Part shown: one piece after another, positions 24,499 through 38,336 of the stretch | How the letters are laid out: every line of letters starts with the position of its first letter | How positions within the stretch are numbered: position 1 is the stretch's first letter | The notes under the pieces: generated by a model | What the model saw: the letters and a program-made list of their open reading frames with translations, nothing else | The model's database searches: none | Told to the model about the DNA's origin: nothing | Made by a program: the position numbers and the translations under genes | Assembly: GCA_037447605.1 (NCBI GenBank) | Contig: CM074815.1 | Coordinates: 992,001-1,056,000, forward strand | DNA length: 64,000 bases | Reading direction: 5' to 3' | From: Zygnema circumcarinatum SAG 698-1b | Taxonomy: Eukaryota; Plantae; Zygnematophyceae

Positions 24499-27400
24499 AG
24501 TGCGGGGTTTGTTTCGTTGACAAGGTGGACAAGCGAGTACATACGCTTTCACGTCCCTCGAGAGTCCAGGCCACCAGAACTCTCGGAGCAGTGCCTCACG
24601 GGTTTTGGCAACTCCCATGTGACCTCGGTACGGAGGATCATGTAGCTCACTCAGAATGAGCTGCCGTACAGTCCCGGCCTTGGGCACGACCAACTGCTGG
24701 CCGTGGTACCAGAATCCGCCCTTAGACACCACTTTGTCCTTATAGCCATTACCTTGGCCATCCAAGAACAAAGGATTCACCAGCGTACCCCTCCTGAATC
24801 ATCTGTCTGAGATCAGAGAGAGCAGAAGGGTTGACTGCGTCACTGGTGGAGGGATCTATGACAAAGCATGCTGGAGACGGAGACTCGGGGTTGGCCAGCC
24901 CCTCACCTCTGTCATCTCGTTCCACCAACACTCGAGTCGACGAGCGCACCATCCAGGCAAGATGCCGAGGCTGCTTGCTTAGTGGGTCTGCTACATTCAG
25001 CCTTCCGGGCCGATAAACCCACTGGCAATCAAACCTTTGGAGGAACTCAGACCAGCGTGCCTGCCGCCTAGACAGGGTCTGTTGGGTTGAGAGGAACGTC
25101 AGCGGCCGGTGGTCAGTGACCAGCGTGACCACTTTCGCCCCCTCCAAATAGCACCGCCATGTCCTCAGGGCGTGAACAACTGCAAGCAATTCCTGTTCTG
25201 TTGCAGAATAGTTGCGCTCAGCGGGATTCATTCTGCGACTTTCATACGCCAAAGGTTGGCCATCCTAAAACAAGACGGCACCCAAGGCGAATCCCGAGGC
25301 ATCACAAACCACTTCATAAGGCTTGGACGGGTCCGCTAAACGGAGAGTGGGCGCGGTAACAAGTGCATGGCGCACGCCCTCGAATGCTTCCTGACATTCA
25401 GGGGTCCATGCAAAGGGGACACCGGAACGTGTCAAATTAGTCAAGGGAGTAACCAATTTACTAAACCCTTGGATGAACTTACGAAAATAATTCGCAAATC
25501 CCACGAATGATTGCAACTGATGTAAGTCAGTCGGTGCTGCCCAAGTCTCTACCGCAGACACTTTGGCAGGGTCTGGCCAAAGGCCTTGATCATTCAAAAT
25601 ATGCCCAAGATAAAGCAACTCAGGTTGCATGAAATGACACTTTTTTCTCTTGGCATAAAACCGGTTCGTCCGGTGTACCTCAAACACTTTCCGAACGTGT
25701 TCAAGATGTTCCTCCTCTGTCTTACTGAAGACAAGGATATCATCAAGGTAAACCAAAACAAACTCGTCCATGCCGATGAACATCTCGTTCATTACAGCCT
25801 GGAAAGTCGCCGGAGCATTAGTCAATCCAAAGGGCAACACCTTATATTGGAAATGACCAATCGGCGTCCGGAACGCAGTTTTTGGCACATCAGCTTCCGT
25901 GACGCGGATCTGATGGTACCCCTGAGCAAGATCAAGTGAAGTAAACACTTTGGCTCCGTGAAGACGATCCAACAAATCATCAATACGTGGTAAAGCAAAG
26001 CGATTCTTTACGGTGATTTGGTTGAGTGCGCAGTAATCAATGCACATCCTCAACGAGCCATCCTTTTTGCCAACAAACAAGATGGGCGCCCCAAAAGGGN
26101 NNNNNNNNNTGCCAGTGCGGGGTTTGTTTCGTTGACAAGGTGGACAAGCGAGTACATACGCTTTCACGTCCCTCGAGAGTCCAGGCCACCAGAACTCTCG
26201 GAGCAGTGCCTCACGGGTTTTGGCAACTCCCATGTGACCTCGGTACGGAGGATCATGTAGCTCACTCAGAATGAGCTGCCGTACAGTCCCGGCCTTGGGC
26301 ACGACCAACTGCTGGCCGTGGTACCAGAATCCGCCCTTAGACACCACTTTGTCCTTATAGCCATTACCTTGGCCATCCAAGAACAAAGGATTCACCAGCG
26401 TACCCCTCCTGAATCATCTGTCTGAGATCAGAGAGAGCAGAAGGGTTGACTGCGTCACTGGTGGAGGGATCTATGACAAAGCATGCTGGAGACGGAGACT
26501 CGGGGTTGGCCAGCCCCTCACCTCTGTCATCTCGTTCCACCAACACTCGAGTCGACGAGCGCACCATCCAGGCAAGATGCCGAGGCTGCTTGCTTAGTGG
26601 GTCTGCTACATTCAGCCTTCCGGGCCGATAAACCCACTGGCAATCAAACCTTTGGAGGAACTCAGACCAGCGTGCCTGCCGCCTAGACAGGGTCTGTTGG
26701 GTTGAGAGGAACGTCAGCGGCCGGTGGTCAGTGACCAGCGTGACCACTTTCGCCCCCTCCAAATAGCACCGCCATGTCCTCAGGGCGTGAACAACTGCAA
26801 GCAATTCCTGTTCTGTTGCAGAATAGTTGCGCTCAGCGGGATTCATTCTGCGACTTTCATACGCCAAAGGTTGGCCATCCTAAAACAAGACGGCACCCAA
26901 GGCGAATCCCGAGGCATCACAAACCACTTCATAAGGCTTGGACGGGTCCGCTAAACGGAGAGTGGGCGCGGTAACAAGTGCATGGCGCACGCCCTCGAAT
27001 GCTTCCTGACATTCAGGGGTCCATGCAAAGGGGACACCGGAACGTGTCAAATTAGTCAAGGGAGTAACCAATTTACTAAACCCTTGGATGAACTTACGAA
27101 AATAATTCGCAAATCCCACGAATGATTGCAACTGATGTAAGTCAGTCGGTGCTGCCCAAGTCTCTACCGCAGACACTTTGGCAGGGTCTGGCCAAAGGCC
27201 TTGATCATTCAAAATATGCCCAAGATAAAGCAACTCAGGTTGCATGAAATGACACTTTTTTCTCTTGGCATAAAACCGGTTCGTCCGGTGTACCTCAAAC
27301 ACTTTCCGAACGTGTTCAAGATGTTCCTCCTCTGTCTTACTGAAGACAAGGATATCATCAAGGTAAACCAAAACAAACTCGTCCATGCCGATGAACATCT

Positions 27401-27720
27401 CGTTCATTACAGCCTGGAAAGTCGCCGGAGCATTAGTCAATCCAAAGGGCAACACCTTATATTGGAAATGACCAATCGGCGTCCGGAACGCAGTTTTTGG
27501 CACATCAGCTTCCGTGACGCGGATCTGATGGTACCCCTGAGCAAGATCAAGTGAAGTAAACACTTTGGCTCCGTGAAGACGATCCAACAAATCATCAATA
27601 CGTGGTAAAGCAAAGCGATTCTTTACGGTGATTTGGTTGAGTGCGCAGTAATCAATGCACATCCTCAACGAGCCATCCTTTTTGCCAACAAACAAGATGG
27701 GCGCCCCAAAAGGGCATTGG
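24499..27720. repeat. Apparently identical ~1.6-kb tandem duplication across a 10-N gap
   Basis: 24499-26098 repeats at 26110-27720 (offset ~1615) with identical ORF translations; probably unmerged contig overlap. Confidence 0.85.
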
Positions 27721-28935
27721 CTGGGCTCTATCCAGCCTTTCTCCCGTAAAGCAGCCAATTGCTTTCGCATCTCTTCGGTTTCCTTCGGACTTAACCGATA
27801 GATCGGTCACCAAGGCGGCTTTTGCTCAGGCTCAAGAGGGATCGTGTGCCCGACTCCTCGAGACAATGGCAACCCTCTTGGGAGGTCATCAGGGAAAACA
27901 TCCCTGAACTCATCCAACAAAGGTTGGATTTTGGGTGGAACGGCCAAGAGCACATCCGTAGATGTGATCTGCCATTCCTGATTTTCGTCATGCACATCCT
28001 CAGTGGCTGCCATGACATGCACCATAAACAAGGTGCAACCCTCCTTAACAGCTTTGGCCAAGTGCATGGCCGAGCAGAGATAAGGAGTATCAACCTGCGT
28101 GGTAGCAATGGTGGTGGATTTGCCAGGGTGCAGTGTGATGCGCCTATCACCGCTGTGCAGAATGCAGTGTGGGATGGAGAAATCCAATTGGGCCTTGACC
28201 ATGGTTAACCAAGTACTCCCTAAAATAACATCCGTTCCAAGGGCCAGTTGTGTCTGAAGACACTTCGCTGCCCCGGAATAGGATTGGAGCTTGATCTTGA
28301 GTGTGACGCTACCAAAGATCAGGCCCTTGCGTCCATCCCCAAAAGTAACGCTTTCTGAATGGGGGTCTGTGGTCAATCCAAATCGTTGAGTGAACGCAGA
28401 ACTAACAAAGTTAGCATCTGCCCCAGTGTCCAGCAGTATAACTGCTGGATGGCCATTGGCTAACCCGGTGAAGGTCATGGCATGATGGGCTAGATGGAAC
28501 ATGGATCGCACTACATGCGAGGGTTGAGGACGAGCCGTCCTCCACACCAAGGTGTAGGGTGATCCAACCAGCGAACTGGTGGATCCATCCATCATTTGCA
28601 CCACTTGATGCCCTTTTCTCAACCGTTTCACCAACCACCAAGTGGCGTTGGGGAAAGTGCGAACTGCCATGTGCTGAGGAACCAGCACATGCAGCCCAAG
28701 GACATGGGAGGTATTTCCCATGACATGCAAAGCATCCATGGCACATTGCATGAGAACATCATCACCCATGACATTGAGAATGGACACATGCCACTGGCCA
28801 CGCATCACTATATCCAGAAACTCAGAAGAAGTCACCACACTGGTTGGGGGAAAAGACATGGAATCTGGGAGCGCATTACACACAAAGAGATCATGCATTC
28901 CCAAAGGTCTGCCCATCAATTTAAGAATGTCCACG

Positions 28936-31900
28936 TGTTAGTGTTAGTGTGCTATAGTTAGACATTGTACGGGTTCACACTAACATTGTTGTGGTCCTCA
29001 GTTGGGAAACATGAGATCTGCTAGTAGTGTTCCTAGGAAATACGGTCGGGCCAAATGTCGGTGGCCCGTACGCTTTTCGGGCGCGGAGGATGTCGGTGAT
29101 GTTGGCGGAACCGCNNNNNNNNNNGTGCTACCGGAGGGAGCCACGGCGGAGCAGCAGTCGGAACACGAAGTGGCGCTCGCCAGATGGAGTGCCAAGGACA
29201 ACAAAGCGCTCACCGAGATCGTCATGAGTGTGAGGGGAAGTCCTTCGTCCATGCTGTATGATCTCAAGACCTCACATGCTTTGTGGAGGTGCTTAGAAGA
29301 GATGTATGATGTAAAGGATAACGTCACGATAGTGAGTCTTTACACGCAGCTTGGGAAGATGAAGATGACTTCGGATGAGAATATATGGTCAAGTTTGATA
29401 CCTTGATGGAGAGGTTCATAGCTCTACAGAAACCGTTAGAGAGTGACCATAAGATCAGCCAGTTCTTGGGGGGATTGACCTCTAGATTTGATGTAGCAGT
29501 TGCAGCGCTTAGGACTGTCCTAACAAACTCGAAAATGACCCTTAAGCAAGTGAAGCGGAGGATCAAGGAGGAGGACACCGTCCAAGACACCGGGAGCACC
29601 GAGGAGAAGGTGCTAGCGCTGCACTCACGACAAGACCGAAGAGGAGGTGCGCCGAAGTCGGACCGAGGAGAACGCCCTACGGGAGCGTGCTACACGTGTG
29701 GGAAGACCGGCCACTACTCGGCAGACTGCTACAAGAACAAGAGTCCCCAAGATCGAGTGAGGAGGCGCTACCGGGCATTCGCAAAGAAGGAGAAGAAAGG
29801 GCTTCAAGGATCTGCTTCATGCGCTAGCGAGGTCACAAGAGCACCGAATGCAGGGCCTAATGAGACCAACTGATGATGGCCGAAGGCCCGGTTCCGACTT
29901 TGTTGGGAAGATCCAGTTCAGGATCCAAGCGCCCCCGGGTTGATCGACTCAGCGCCCACACACATGTGTGGCGACAAGCAGATGTTCCACGTTGGACACG
30001 CCGAAAAGACTCGACCGCTCACTCCTGAACCTGAGAGGGAGTGGACAAATACTTAAGGGTGGAGTAAATAAGATGATTCCTGAGACGACTGGCCATCTAC
30101 GTAAGAGGAGAGGGAGGAGCGTTTGTGTATCGGGTGATGTACTCCACACTCCAGCCGAAATGTAACTTCGGCGTCTCAAGTAGCCGTGCGTAAGAGGCAA
30201 TGGTGATCACGCTCAAGGAGAAGTCTTATGTGAGCTACCACGCAAAGGATCGAAGCTACCGTTTGAGGGGTATGAGAAGGAGGCCCGTGACATTCATTAT
30301 AGAAGCTTATCGCAGGATGAAGATGTGATGGTCGGGTTTAAACCGCTAAGGCACCGCATCGTAGACTTGGACATCTTAACCATCGGGGGTTGCAACAGCT
30401 CGCTGCTAAGGGGCTAGTCCGTGGGTTAGACGTAGATGTCGTGGAGAAGGAGCTCGGCTTTTGCAAGGAGTGTGTAGAGGGGAAGGCGCATCGGAAACCA
30501 TTCGCGAGGAGCGGAGAGGAGGCGTACCATGCGCAGGAGAAACTGGAGTTGGTTCACACCGACCTTTGTGGCCCCGTGACACCGGCAACGAGTGGAGGAG
30601 CTCGGTACTTCATCACTTTTCTCGACGATTTTTCGAGGAAAATTTGGGTGAAATTTCAAGAACAAGTTCAGGCTTTCGAGCCTTCTCGTAGAGATTGGCG
30701 CATCTCAGATGGATGAGAGAGCGGACAGAAATCAAGACTCATACACTGCATAACGGAGGGAGTTCAAGTCAGGCGAGTTCATGAGTACCTCAAGACTCGT
30801 GGAATTAGGTATGAATTTTCCGCCTCCCTACCCTCAAAGTAATGGAGTCAGCCGGAAAGGGTAAATAGACGCTAGGGACATGTATGCTGACCATGCTCAT
30901 AGATTCCCCTTCCCGCTTCTTTCTCGGGAGAGGCTATGATGACCGCAGCCTACTCAGAATAGATGCTCATCTTCTCGTGTCTGGCGACCGTGTTCCCGAG
31001 GAGGTGGAGGGGAGAAAGCCTACTCGCTTCTACCCGGTTGCTTTGAGCGCTGGTCGATGCGTCGTAAGGCGAGACAGTAAGAGGAAGTTTGACCCGCGAG
31101 CCGTTGAAGGGTATGTTCTCGGCTACAACATTGATAGTCGCACCTACAGGATTTGGAACCCGCGAGCAAAGGAAGTGCAGAGCTCGAGGGACATCACGGT
31201 GGACGAGAAAGGGGCGGTGGCACGGCTAGGTGAGACCCAGCCCCAAAAGGCAAGATTGGAGATTGTGTATAAGGACGTGGAGACCAGCGGAGAAGGCATT
31301 GAAGCCTCTCAGGTCCTGGCTTTGGAGGAGATCAGCATGCCGGAGAGCGAAGGAGCTGACTCGGGAGCAATGCCGAACGTCGAGGCGGAGGCGGGAGTCG
31401 AACCCGAAGTGCCGCAAGCGGGGGAGCCGGAGAAATCACGAGACGCCCCACTACACACTCAATTGCCGATGAGGAAGACTGGCCGAAACTGCATCTTTGC
31501 ACTCCATTGTGAGTCTCGAGGACTTGATATACCGAGAGACGCTGATGAGGGTAGCGGGATGCCTCCCGGATTTGTTCCCGAATTTTCTTCAACTCGAGGA
31601 GTGGGAGAACGCAAGGACCGCGGAGGAGCACCCGTGTGGTGAGGAGGCCTGAACGATACAGGCCGTCGCAGACTAACCTGATGCAGGAGAGAGTGCCTAC
31701 GGACTCTGCTGACCTCGCAGGAGTTGCCCACTGCTACATGATCACTGAGCCGCAAACCTTTGAGGAGGCTCATGATGGGGTCGATGGAGCAAAGTGGCGA
31801 GCAGCGATCGATAGCGAGTGGAATAGTCTGATAGAGAACGGAACGTGGCGACTGGAGAAGCTGCCGAAGGGAAGGAGAGCTATTGGATGCAAATGGGTGT

Positions 31901-34227
31901 TCAAGGTGAAGCGGAAGGCGAACGGGAGTGTCGACCGTTACAAGGCGCGGCTGGTGGCGAAGGGATACAGCCAGAAGTACGGAATCGACTACACGGAGAC
32001 TTTCGCCCCGGTGGTGAAGTTTAACTCCCTCCGTGCCCTAATCTCGATCGCAGCTGCTGAGGGGATGCATGTCCATCAGTTAGATATCAAGACCGCGTTT
32101 CTGTACGGAGATCTTGCTGAGGAGATCTACATGGAGCAGCCCGAAGGGAAAGTTGTCTCGGGACAGGAGCATCTCGTCTGTCGCCTAGTGAAGAGTCTGT
32201 ACGGACTGAAGGGCAGGCACCCAGGATCTGGTACGAGANGANNNNCNNNNNNCNGAGGNGNNANNGATTNNCNNNNNNNNNNNNNNNNNANNNNGTCTAC
32301 CGANNNNGANANNNGGGAGATCTCATATACGTTGGGATCTACGTGGATGACCTCATTATGGTGAGTCTCTCACTGGAGAGAATCAATGATCTGAAGAAGC
32401 TTTTGCAAGCTAACTTCCAAATGTCGGATCTAGGGGAGGCGCAGTATCTCCTGGGGATACAGCTGAAGAGGGGGCAGGACGGAAGTCTGTTCCTAAGTCA
32501 GAAGAATGCACAAATGTCTCAGCAAGATTCAATATGGAGATTGCAGCAGGTACACATCGATGGAGATCGCGGATGAAGGGTGTGGAGCCCACGAGCAGAC
32601 AAGCGAAGGTGCGGCGCATGTCGAGTGCCGTAGGTCTGCCATCGAAGTTTAATGTCCTGATGAATGGTCTCCGCGGACTCGCGAGGTTCTGGGGGCGCCG
32701 CAAGTCAGTTCATGGAGATCCCAGCCTACAACATTGGGAGGCCGTAAAGCTAATCTTTAGGTTCGGTGGGATTCCTGGAGTGCAAACTTCGTTGAGGAGA
32801 CGAGCAGAGTGATCAGATACACCGACTCTGAAGTCGGAGGTAACATGGACACATCGCGAATCGACCTGCGTTGTTTGCTGAATCCGGTGAGACGATCTCA
32901 TGGAGTTCGAAGCTGCAGGGATTTCGGTTCCAGTTGTTCTGGCACGAAGGCGAGTACATGGGAGCATGTCACGCAGCGAAGGAGGGAGTTTGGTTCCAAC
33001 ATTTCTTTGATGAGTGTAAGGCGCGGCGTCCTTGACTTTGTTCACGATAATCGTCATCATAGCTCTTGTTGAAAACCCTGTGTTTCATAAGAGGACAAAG
33101 CACATTAGAGTGCAATACCACTATGTGCGAGAATTGGTAGAGGGGATGATTGTTGTGAAGTTCGTGGGGACGAAGGAGCAGGCTGCGGATATGTTGACTA
33201 AAGGAGTTAGTGGTGAGACGCTACTAGTGAATAGCAGACTCATTGGGCTAGGGCCCATGAGGAACTGAGGCCCAAGAGGGGGATTGTTAGTGTTAGTGTG
33301 CAATAGTTAGACATTGTACAGGTTCACACTAACATTGTTGTCATCCTGAGTTGGGAAACATGAGAATCAGCTAGTAGTGTTCCTCAGAAACTCCGGACCC
33401 GGCCAAATGCTCGGTGGCCCGTACATTTCAAGGGCACGGAGGATGTCGGTGATGTCGGCGGAACCGCGTCGGACCCTTAGTGGTCCGGGCTGTGACGGTG
33501 CGGCTGCGAGGAGCCGGTCAGCGGCGCGGCAGTGAGCGACGCGGAAATGCGACGGCGGAGATTTCATCGCGCGGGCGCGCGGATGTGTGGCTGCAGCACA
33601 GAAACGGATCTGCGCACGCGCGCGGGCGCGCCGGGCGGCGGCGGAAGTTCTGCGCTGGAGCGGGCGACGCTCAGATGGGCGGCGGAGATGGGCGACATCG
33701 CTGGGTCGTTCTCGCGTGATTCCGAGGCCGCGGCTGGATGTTGAGCACGTCTCGATCCTGGGCGCATGAGGGCAGCAGTGACATGGGCATCGATCAACAA
33801 GGGAAGATGTCACGTGAGCACGGCCATGGCGGTGTATAGGGGTTAGTTTTGCTATGAAGGATAACCACATTAGACTCCTGTGACAAATAAGGCTTATTCT
33901 GTAGTCCTTCCGTATTCCCTAGAACTTTCTACTGTGTCGCAAGGTGGTGAGTAAGGGGAGAAGTAGCTAGTGAGAGGGGAGAACTTCATGTGGGTGACAT
34001 TCTTATTATAGAGGAGTTTTAAGAAGCCATAGACTTTCTCTGTATATCTCTCGTGTGTGATTTCCGCTGTGCTCGTCTCTGCGTTCATTCAATGAGTTAT
34101 GGGCTATGAGTGAAGTGAGATAGAGTGAGAGAGAGTGAAGATGTCTTCATCGGTGGGAACCGGAGTTCCAATGGAGGGCGACACGCGAGGTGGCGCCGGG
34201 AGCAGCGAGCAGATCCAGACTCCAACA
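28936..34227 (+). mobile_element. Ty1/copia family B element, frameshifted, inserted in the gypsy pre-protease domain
   Basis: Starts TGTTAGTGTTAG; 3' LTR 33285-34227 after PPT AAGAGGGGGAT; exact TSD CCACG (28931-35, 34228-32); CYTCGKTGHYSADC, ELVHTDLCGPV, WVFKVKRKANGSVDRYKARLVAKG, HKRTKHI; the gypsy sequence is continuous across the insertion. Confidence 0.93.
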
Positions 34228-36421
34228 CCACGGTCCTAAGAAACACTAGTCTCCTAACCTTGATGGCAGCCCTATTCCCTTCCCCTAGCCTAACATCTCC
34301 ACCAGCAACGACTCTTATACTGCTGGTGGGTTGGGGTTTTCCGGCCCCTTGCCCTTCTTGTCCTTGGCGTTCAGAGGGCAATCCCGGGCCTTGTGCCCCT
34401 CCTTCCTACATCCCGGAGGCCCCTTGTTCACCCATTGCATCGCTCCATCTCTTCAGGAGTCAACTTTTGTGGCGGGCGAGTGATTCGGTGCTTTAAACAC
34501 GATTTCTTTCTACTTGGGTTTGGCGGGAGGAGGGTCCGCCTTCCGCGACCTGTCACATCTCCGACCTCTATGCGAAGGGTCGGGCGGGGAACTACCGCTG
34601 CGGTGTCAAGCCGGGTATTTTGCATTAAAGTCTGACTGATGTGTGGGGGTCCCGCGGTTTTAGAGTGAGTGGGTTGGTCGCATACTTGCCTCTTGGGTTG
34701 TGGCTTCAAGCCATTCACGGAAGTGGAAAAAGAGCTACGGCACAGCTAGGCTTGTGGGTGGTGATTTGTGGCACCACCTGACGCAGGTCTCGCAGAAACT
34801 GCTTGACGCTGCCGGTTTGGACCATGTTCTGAAATTTATCCCGGGCCTCCAATCCGGGATCCAGGGCCCCAAAGTGTTTGATAAGTTCATCTCTAAACTT
34901 ATTCCAATCGTCCCCAATCTCATCAGAGAGGCCCTCATACACACGGTATGCGGCTCCTCTGAGTGTTGGGTAAGCAAAGCTTACCCACTGGAGGGGGGGA
35001 CAGTTGGTCGCAAGAAGGTAACCCTTCGTTTGACCCAACCACTGCTCGATGGAGCAGTCCGTGGTAGGATGTTCACCCCAAAAGGAGAGCGGGGCTACCT
35101 TCGCTCGATTCCGTTTGGCATCCTCAGTGGGTTCGCGAAGGGGCGGCCAGGCGGGATCTCCTCCACTTCCAGCGGTTGCGGTGAAGTGCGCGGCTGGTTA
35201 AGCCACCAGGAGAGTGGCTCCCCCGTGGAAGCGGTATGTGAGACCTCTGCGAGCGCTTCCGGTCGGTAGAGGCGTCGGGGAAAGAAGGACAGCGACGAGG
35301 TGTGTTTCTAACCCCATCCCGGGGTCTGGCATCTCTTTGCCTCTACAACACAGAGTTCGAGAACTTACCTTCTAGCCGATGACCGGAGCCTCTCGCCGGG
35401 CCTGAGCTTCCATGCGGAGGCGTATCCACCAGCAAGCGGACCGTTAGCTCCATGTCATCCACCTTCCGCGAGCAAGCCATGGTGGAGACGTTAATCCGAG
35501 TCACCTCCTTCCTCAGATCTTCGATCCTCGTCCTCATCTTCTGGGCCGCGCCCACCGTGATGTGGGCCCCGATCATGGGATCGGACCCAGCCATAGCCGC
35601 TACCGGAGCCGATGGCTCCGGTTGGGGAGGGGGTGGTGTGATATTCTCCGGATGACCTTGGTCATCCGTGGGCTCGGGACTGGGCCCCTCCATGGGGACG
35701 GTCGATCTCCTTCTCCTCATACTCGTCCGTAGGACGGTGGTGAAGGTAAGCGTGAGGCCCGGTCTCGGCCGGCGGTGATGCCGCGGCCCACTACGTCTTT
35801 TTCCCAAAACGAAAGCTTGCCCATAGCGGCGGCTCGATACAAATGTCGCGGCGAAATCTCGCCCCTTCCAACCCGTCTTGCTTGAGAATTGCACTAAGTT
35901 TGCACTTTCGAGGATTAGGCAAAGAGAGCTTTAGAGAATAGCGGCCACAGGCATCCGCATGCGATACGTTGGTTGGGTGACGGCTTGATCCCACGCCCTT
36001 ACGCTTCCCGTTGAACCTCCTACGGCATGGAGAGTTGGAAGCGGTACGTCAATGGCGGCTGCCCGCGTGTCCTCTCGGCCGAATGGGTGAGGTGTACAAC
36101 ATCACCCGAGCGCTCCGCGTAGCGGCGCCGCCGCGGCAGCGCTTGCCGCCCATGCGTCGGTATACGGTGGTCCGGATCCTACAGCGCCTTGGCCTTGAGC
36201 CCGGCCCGGCGTTCCGTCGTACCAGCGGTAGCCGTTATGCGGACGGCGATTCACGTTCCAAAACGTTACAAACCCTTACGACTTCCGCAAGGTTCGATCC
36301 TAAGACCTACCAGGTCCTAAGTGGTCCCCGGCGCCTTGACCACTCGGCCGCGCCGAGTGAGGAAGTACTACAGAGTCGCCCTTGGAAATTACCTCAGTAG
36401 GCGGCGTAGCGTTTTGCTCTG

Positions 36422-37370
36422 GCCGGATGCAGAGGTGGAATCTTTTCTTCCTGCGTTCAAGAAGGTGGAAGGAATTGAGATGGCGGTTGAGCGAGGATGG
36501 CGGCATCAATGGACAGCGAGATGAAAGACGCCAGGAAAGAGTCGTCTTGAGCCGCCCAAGAGATTACAAAATGATCATCATCATAGTATGCAATCAATGC
36601 TTTAGCGAAGCCGTCTAACTAAGCGATTTGGCCAGCGGTCGATTATAAGTCGGCATGGTTTTAGGGAAGATTCCTTTTAGTTAGTGAAGGCCGCGTGGCG
36701 ACTTGTGGACCACTTCGAGGTTCGTACGCGTGGTCGGGGGAGGGTCAAGCGTGGAGTGGGAGGAAGGTGGCGTCGCGGATGTGCGGAATTAAACTGCACG
36801 TTGAATGCCCGGCGTGTCTTGGACAAACTTAACTTCTTAATGGCGTTTTGTGTATCGGCGATCTCCCTTGATGCGTGCAGCAAAGGCGGCGTGTGGTGGA
36901 GGAAAGTGGCAAAGGACAGGTCTCTGAACGAGTAACGACAGACCACAGATTCTCTTTTTCAAAAAGCGGCTGGCACTGAAACTTCCAGTCATGCCAGTTT
37001 GTCCCATCAAATTTTTCAAGCGTATTTGAGGCATGAGTGGGCCCATAACCTATTGAAAAACAGAGTGGACATTATGCGATCGCAAGTGAGGGGCGGAGAA
37101 GTTGACACAAGGCGGATGTGTGTGATTAAGCGTGGTAAAAGTACAATGTCCTAATCTGTTTTATATACATTCGCGGCTAGAGCTTCTGGCGACAAGAGCG
37201 TGGAACTGGCACGAGCAAGAGCTGGGTGTGAGAAGCGAGCGCCAAAGTACAACTAAACTAACGAGAAAAAGTACGGGGCTAAAAGAGGGCGGCCCGGTGT
37301 AAGTACACGTAGGCTGGGGAAAACATTTAAACTAATGCGACAAAACTCACAATAATGGGATTCTCAACGT
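36422..37370 (-). mobile_element. Copia A 5' end: LTR, half-tRNA PBS and degraded gag
   Basis: LTR 37370-37051 homologous to 5616-5931; PBS 37050-37039; gag matches 1190-1830. Confidence 0.88.
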
Positions 37371-37756
37371 GTATCACTCCCTCTGAGGCCAATGCCTCGC
37401 ACCAGCTCTGGCTAATTCCTACATTTTGTTTTACCCTAAAAATCCTCTTTATTAGAGGTGAAATATGCCTTGATTATAGAAAGTACCCTTTATTTCCCTA
37501 CTCTTACAATTCTTTAAACGCAAAGTACAATATCAATCAATTTTCTTCAAATTTGTACATCCTGAGGTTCGTTTGTGAGTCGCCCGAGAGATTTGCGAGG
37601 GAATCACCTCTCACCTCCAGCTATTGCACTTGAATGACCAATTCGCAATACGGACAAGCATTAAGCCTCCCCGTCCCATGTCCAATAAGACACGGTTCTA
37701 GCGTGAGCCTGTGCTGTGATAGAGCTGATGGGGAGGACTTGGCGACGAGCCTGCAC

Positions 37757-38336
37757 TCAGTGGTGGCTACAATGGAGGTGTAGCCCTTGTGGGAAGGTAA
37801 GCGCAAAGGTCCTTTGTCCCAAAGGAGCCCAGACTGTGCCATTGGCCCACGCGGGGGTGCCATGCCTCGCCATACTCGTCCATGCAGTGAGTACAATGTG
37901 GGAGAGTTCCACTTCCACCTGCACATGCACCACGCCATTAGTGATCCACTAATAGGGATACTCTACATGACGACAAGGCATTGGGATAAATGGCTGAAGA
38001 AGGCGAAGTATATTGTTGGATTGTTTGCTTTTTGGGTAAAACGTCAATGATCTCGCTTTGCAATGGTAAGAAATAAGGGGAGAAAGTACGGAGGGCACAG
38101 GTTAGGATACCGGAGTGAAGGTGCATTCTTAAATTTCGGGGAAATCGGTTGTCGAGTTCGAATCTGAGAGTCAATCTCCGGCGTGGCGCTTTGGGCTCTA
38201 CAAACTTCGAGGGGGCAGGGATGGCGCATAGCATACCCAGGTGGAAACGGGACTAAGAGTACCCAGCGTGCCGGAAGGCGGTGAACTGGGCAATTGAAGA
38301 GAATGTCGGTGAGGATTTGAACAAGGCGGGCGAATT
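37757..38336 (-). pseudogene. Carboxylesterase C-terminal exons (second half of the gene at 13863-16360)
   Basis: EFARLVQILTDILFNCPVHRL (38336-38263, joining 44865-44846 across the copia B TSD); PTIYFAFFSH near 38000; exon 37918-37757 VEVELSHIVLTAWTSMARHGTPAWANGTVWAPL, matching the E..LS..M..AWTNFA..G.P motif of the family. Confidence 0.82.

Larger units (their letters stand above)
17632..36421 (-). mobile_element. Outer chromovirus (family G) carrying two nested full-length insertions
   Basis: 3' LTR from 17632, 5' LTR ~35844-36421 with degraded PBS at ~35830; gag 35760-34330, PR/RT/RH 28935-24500, integrase and chromodomain 19243-18137; flanks GCGGA (17627-31) and CCGGA (~36423-27) in copia A gag. 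Confidence 0.8.

Noticed and set aside
37700-38050. Plus-strand HFHLHMH (HUH/Rep-like) and C.LC...QT (LINE zinc-finger-like) motifs
   Set aside because: They are antisense readings of carboxylesterase exons, which give a much better family match on the minus strand.
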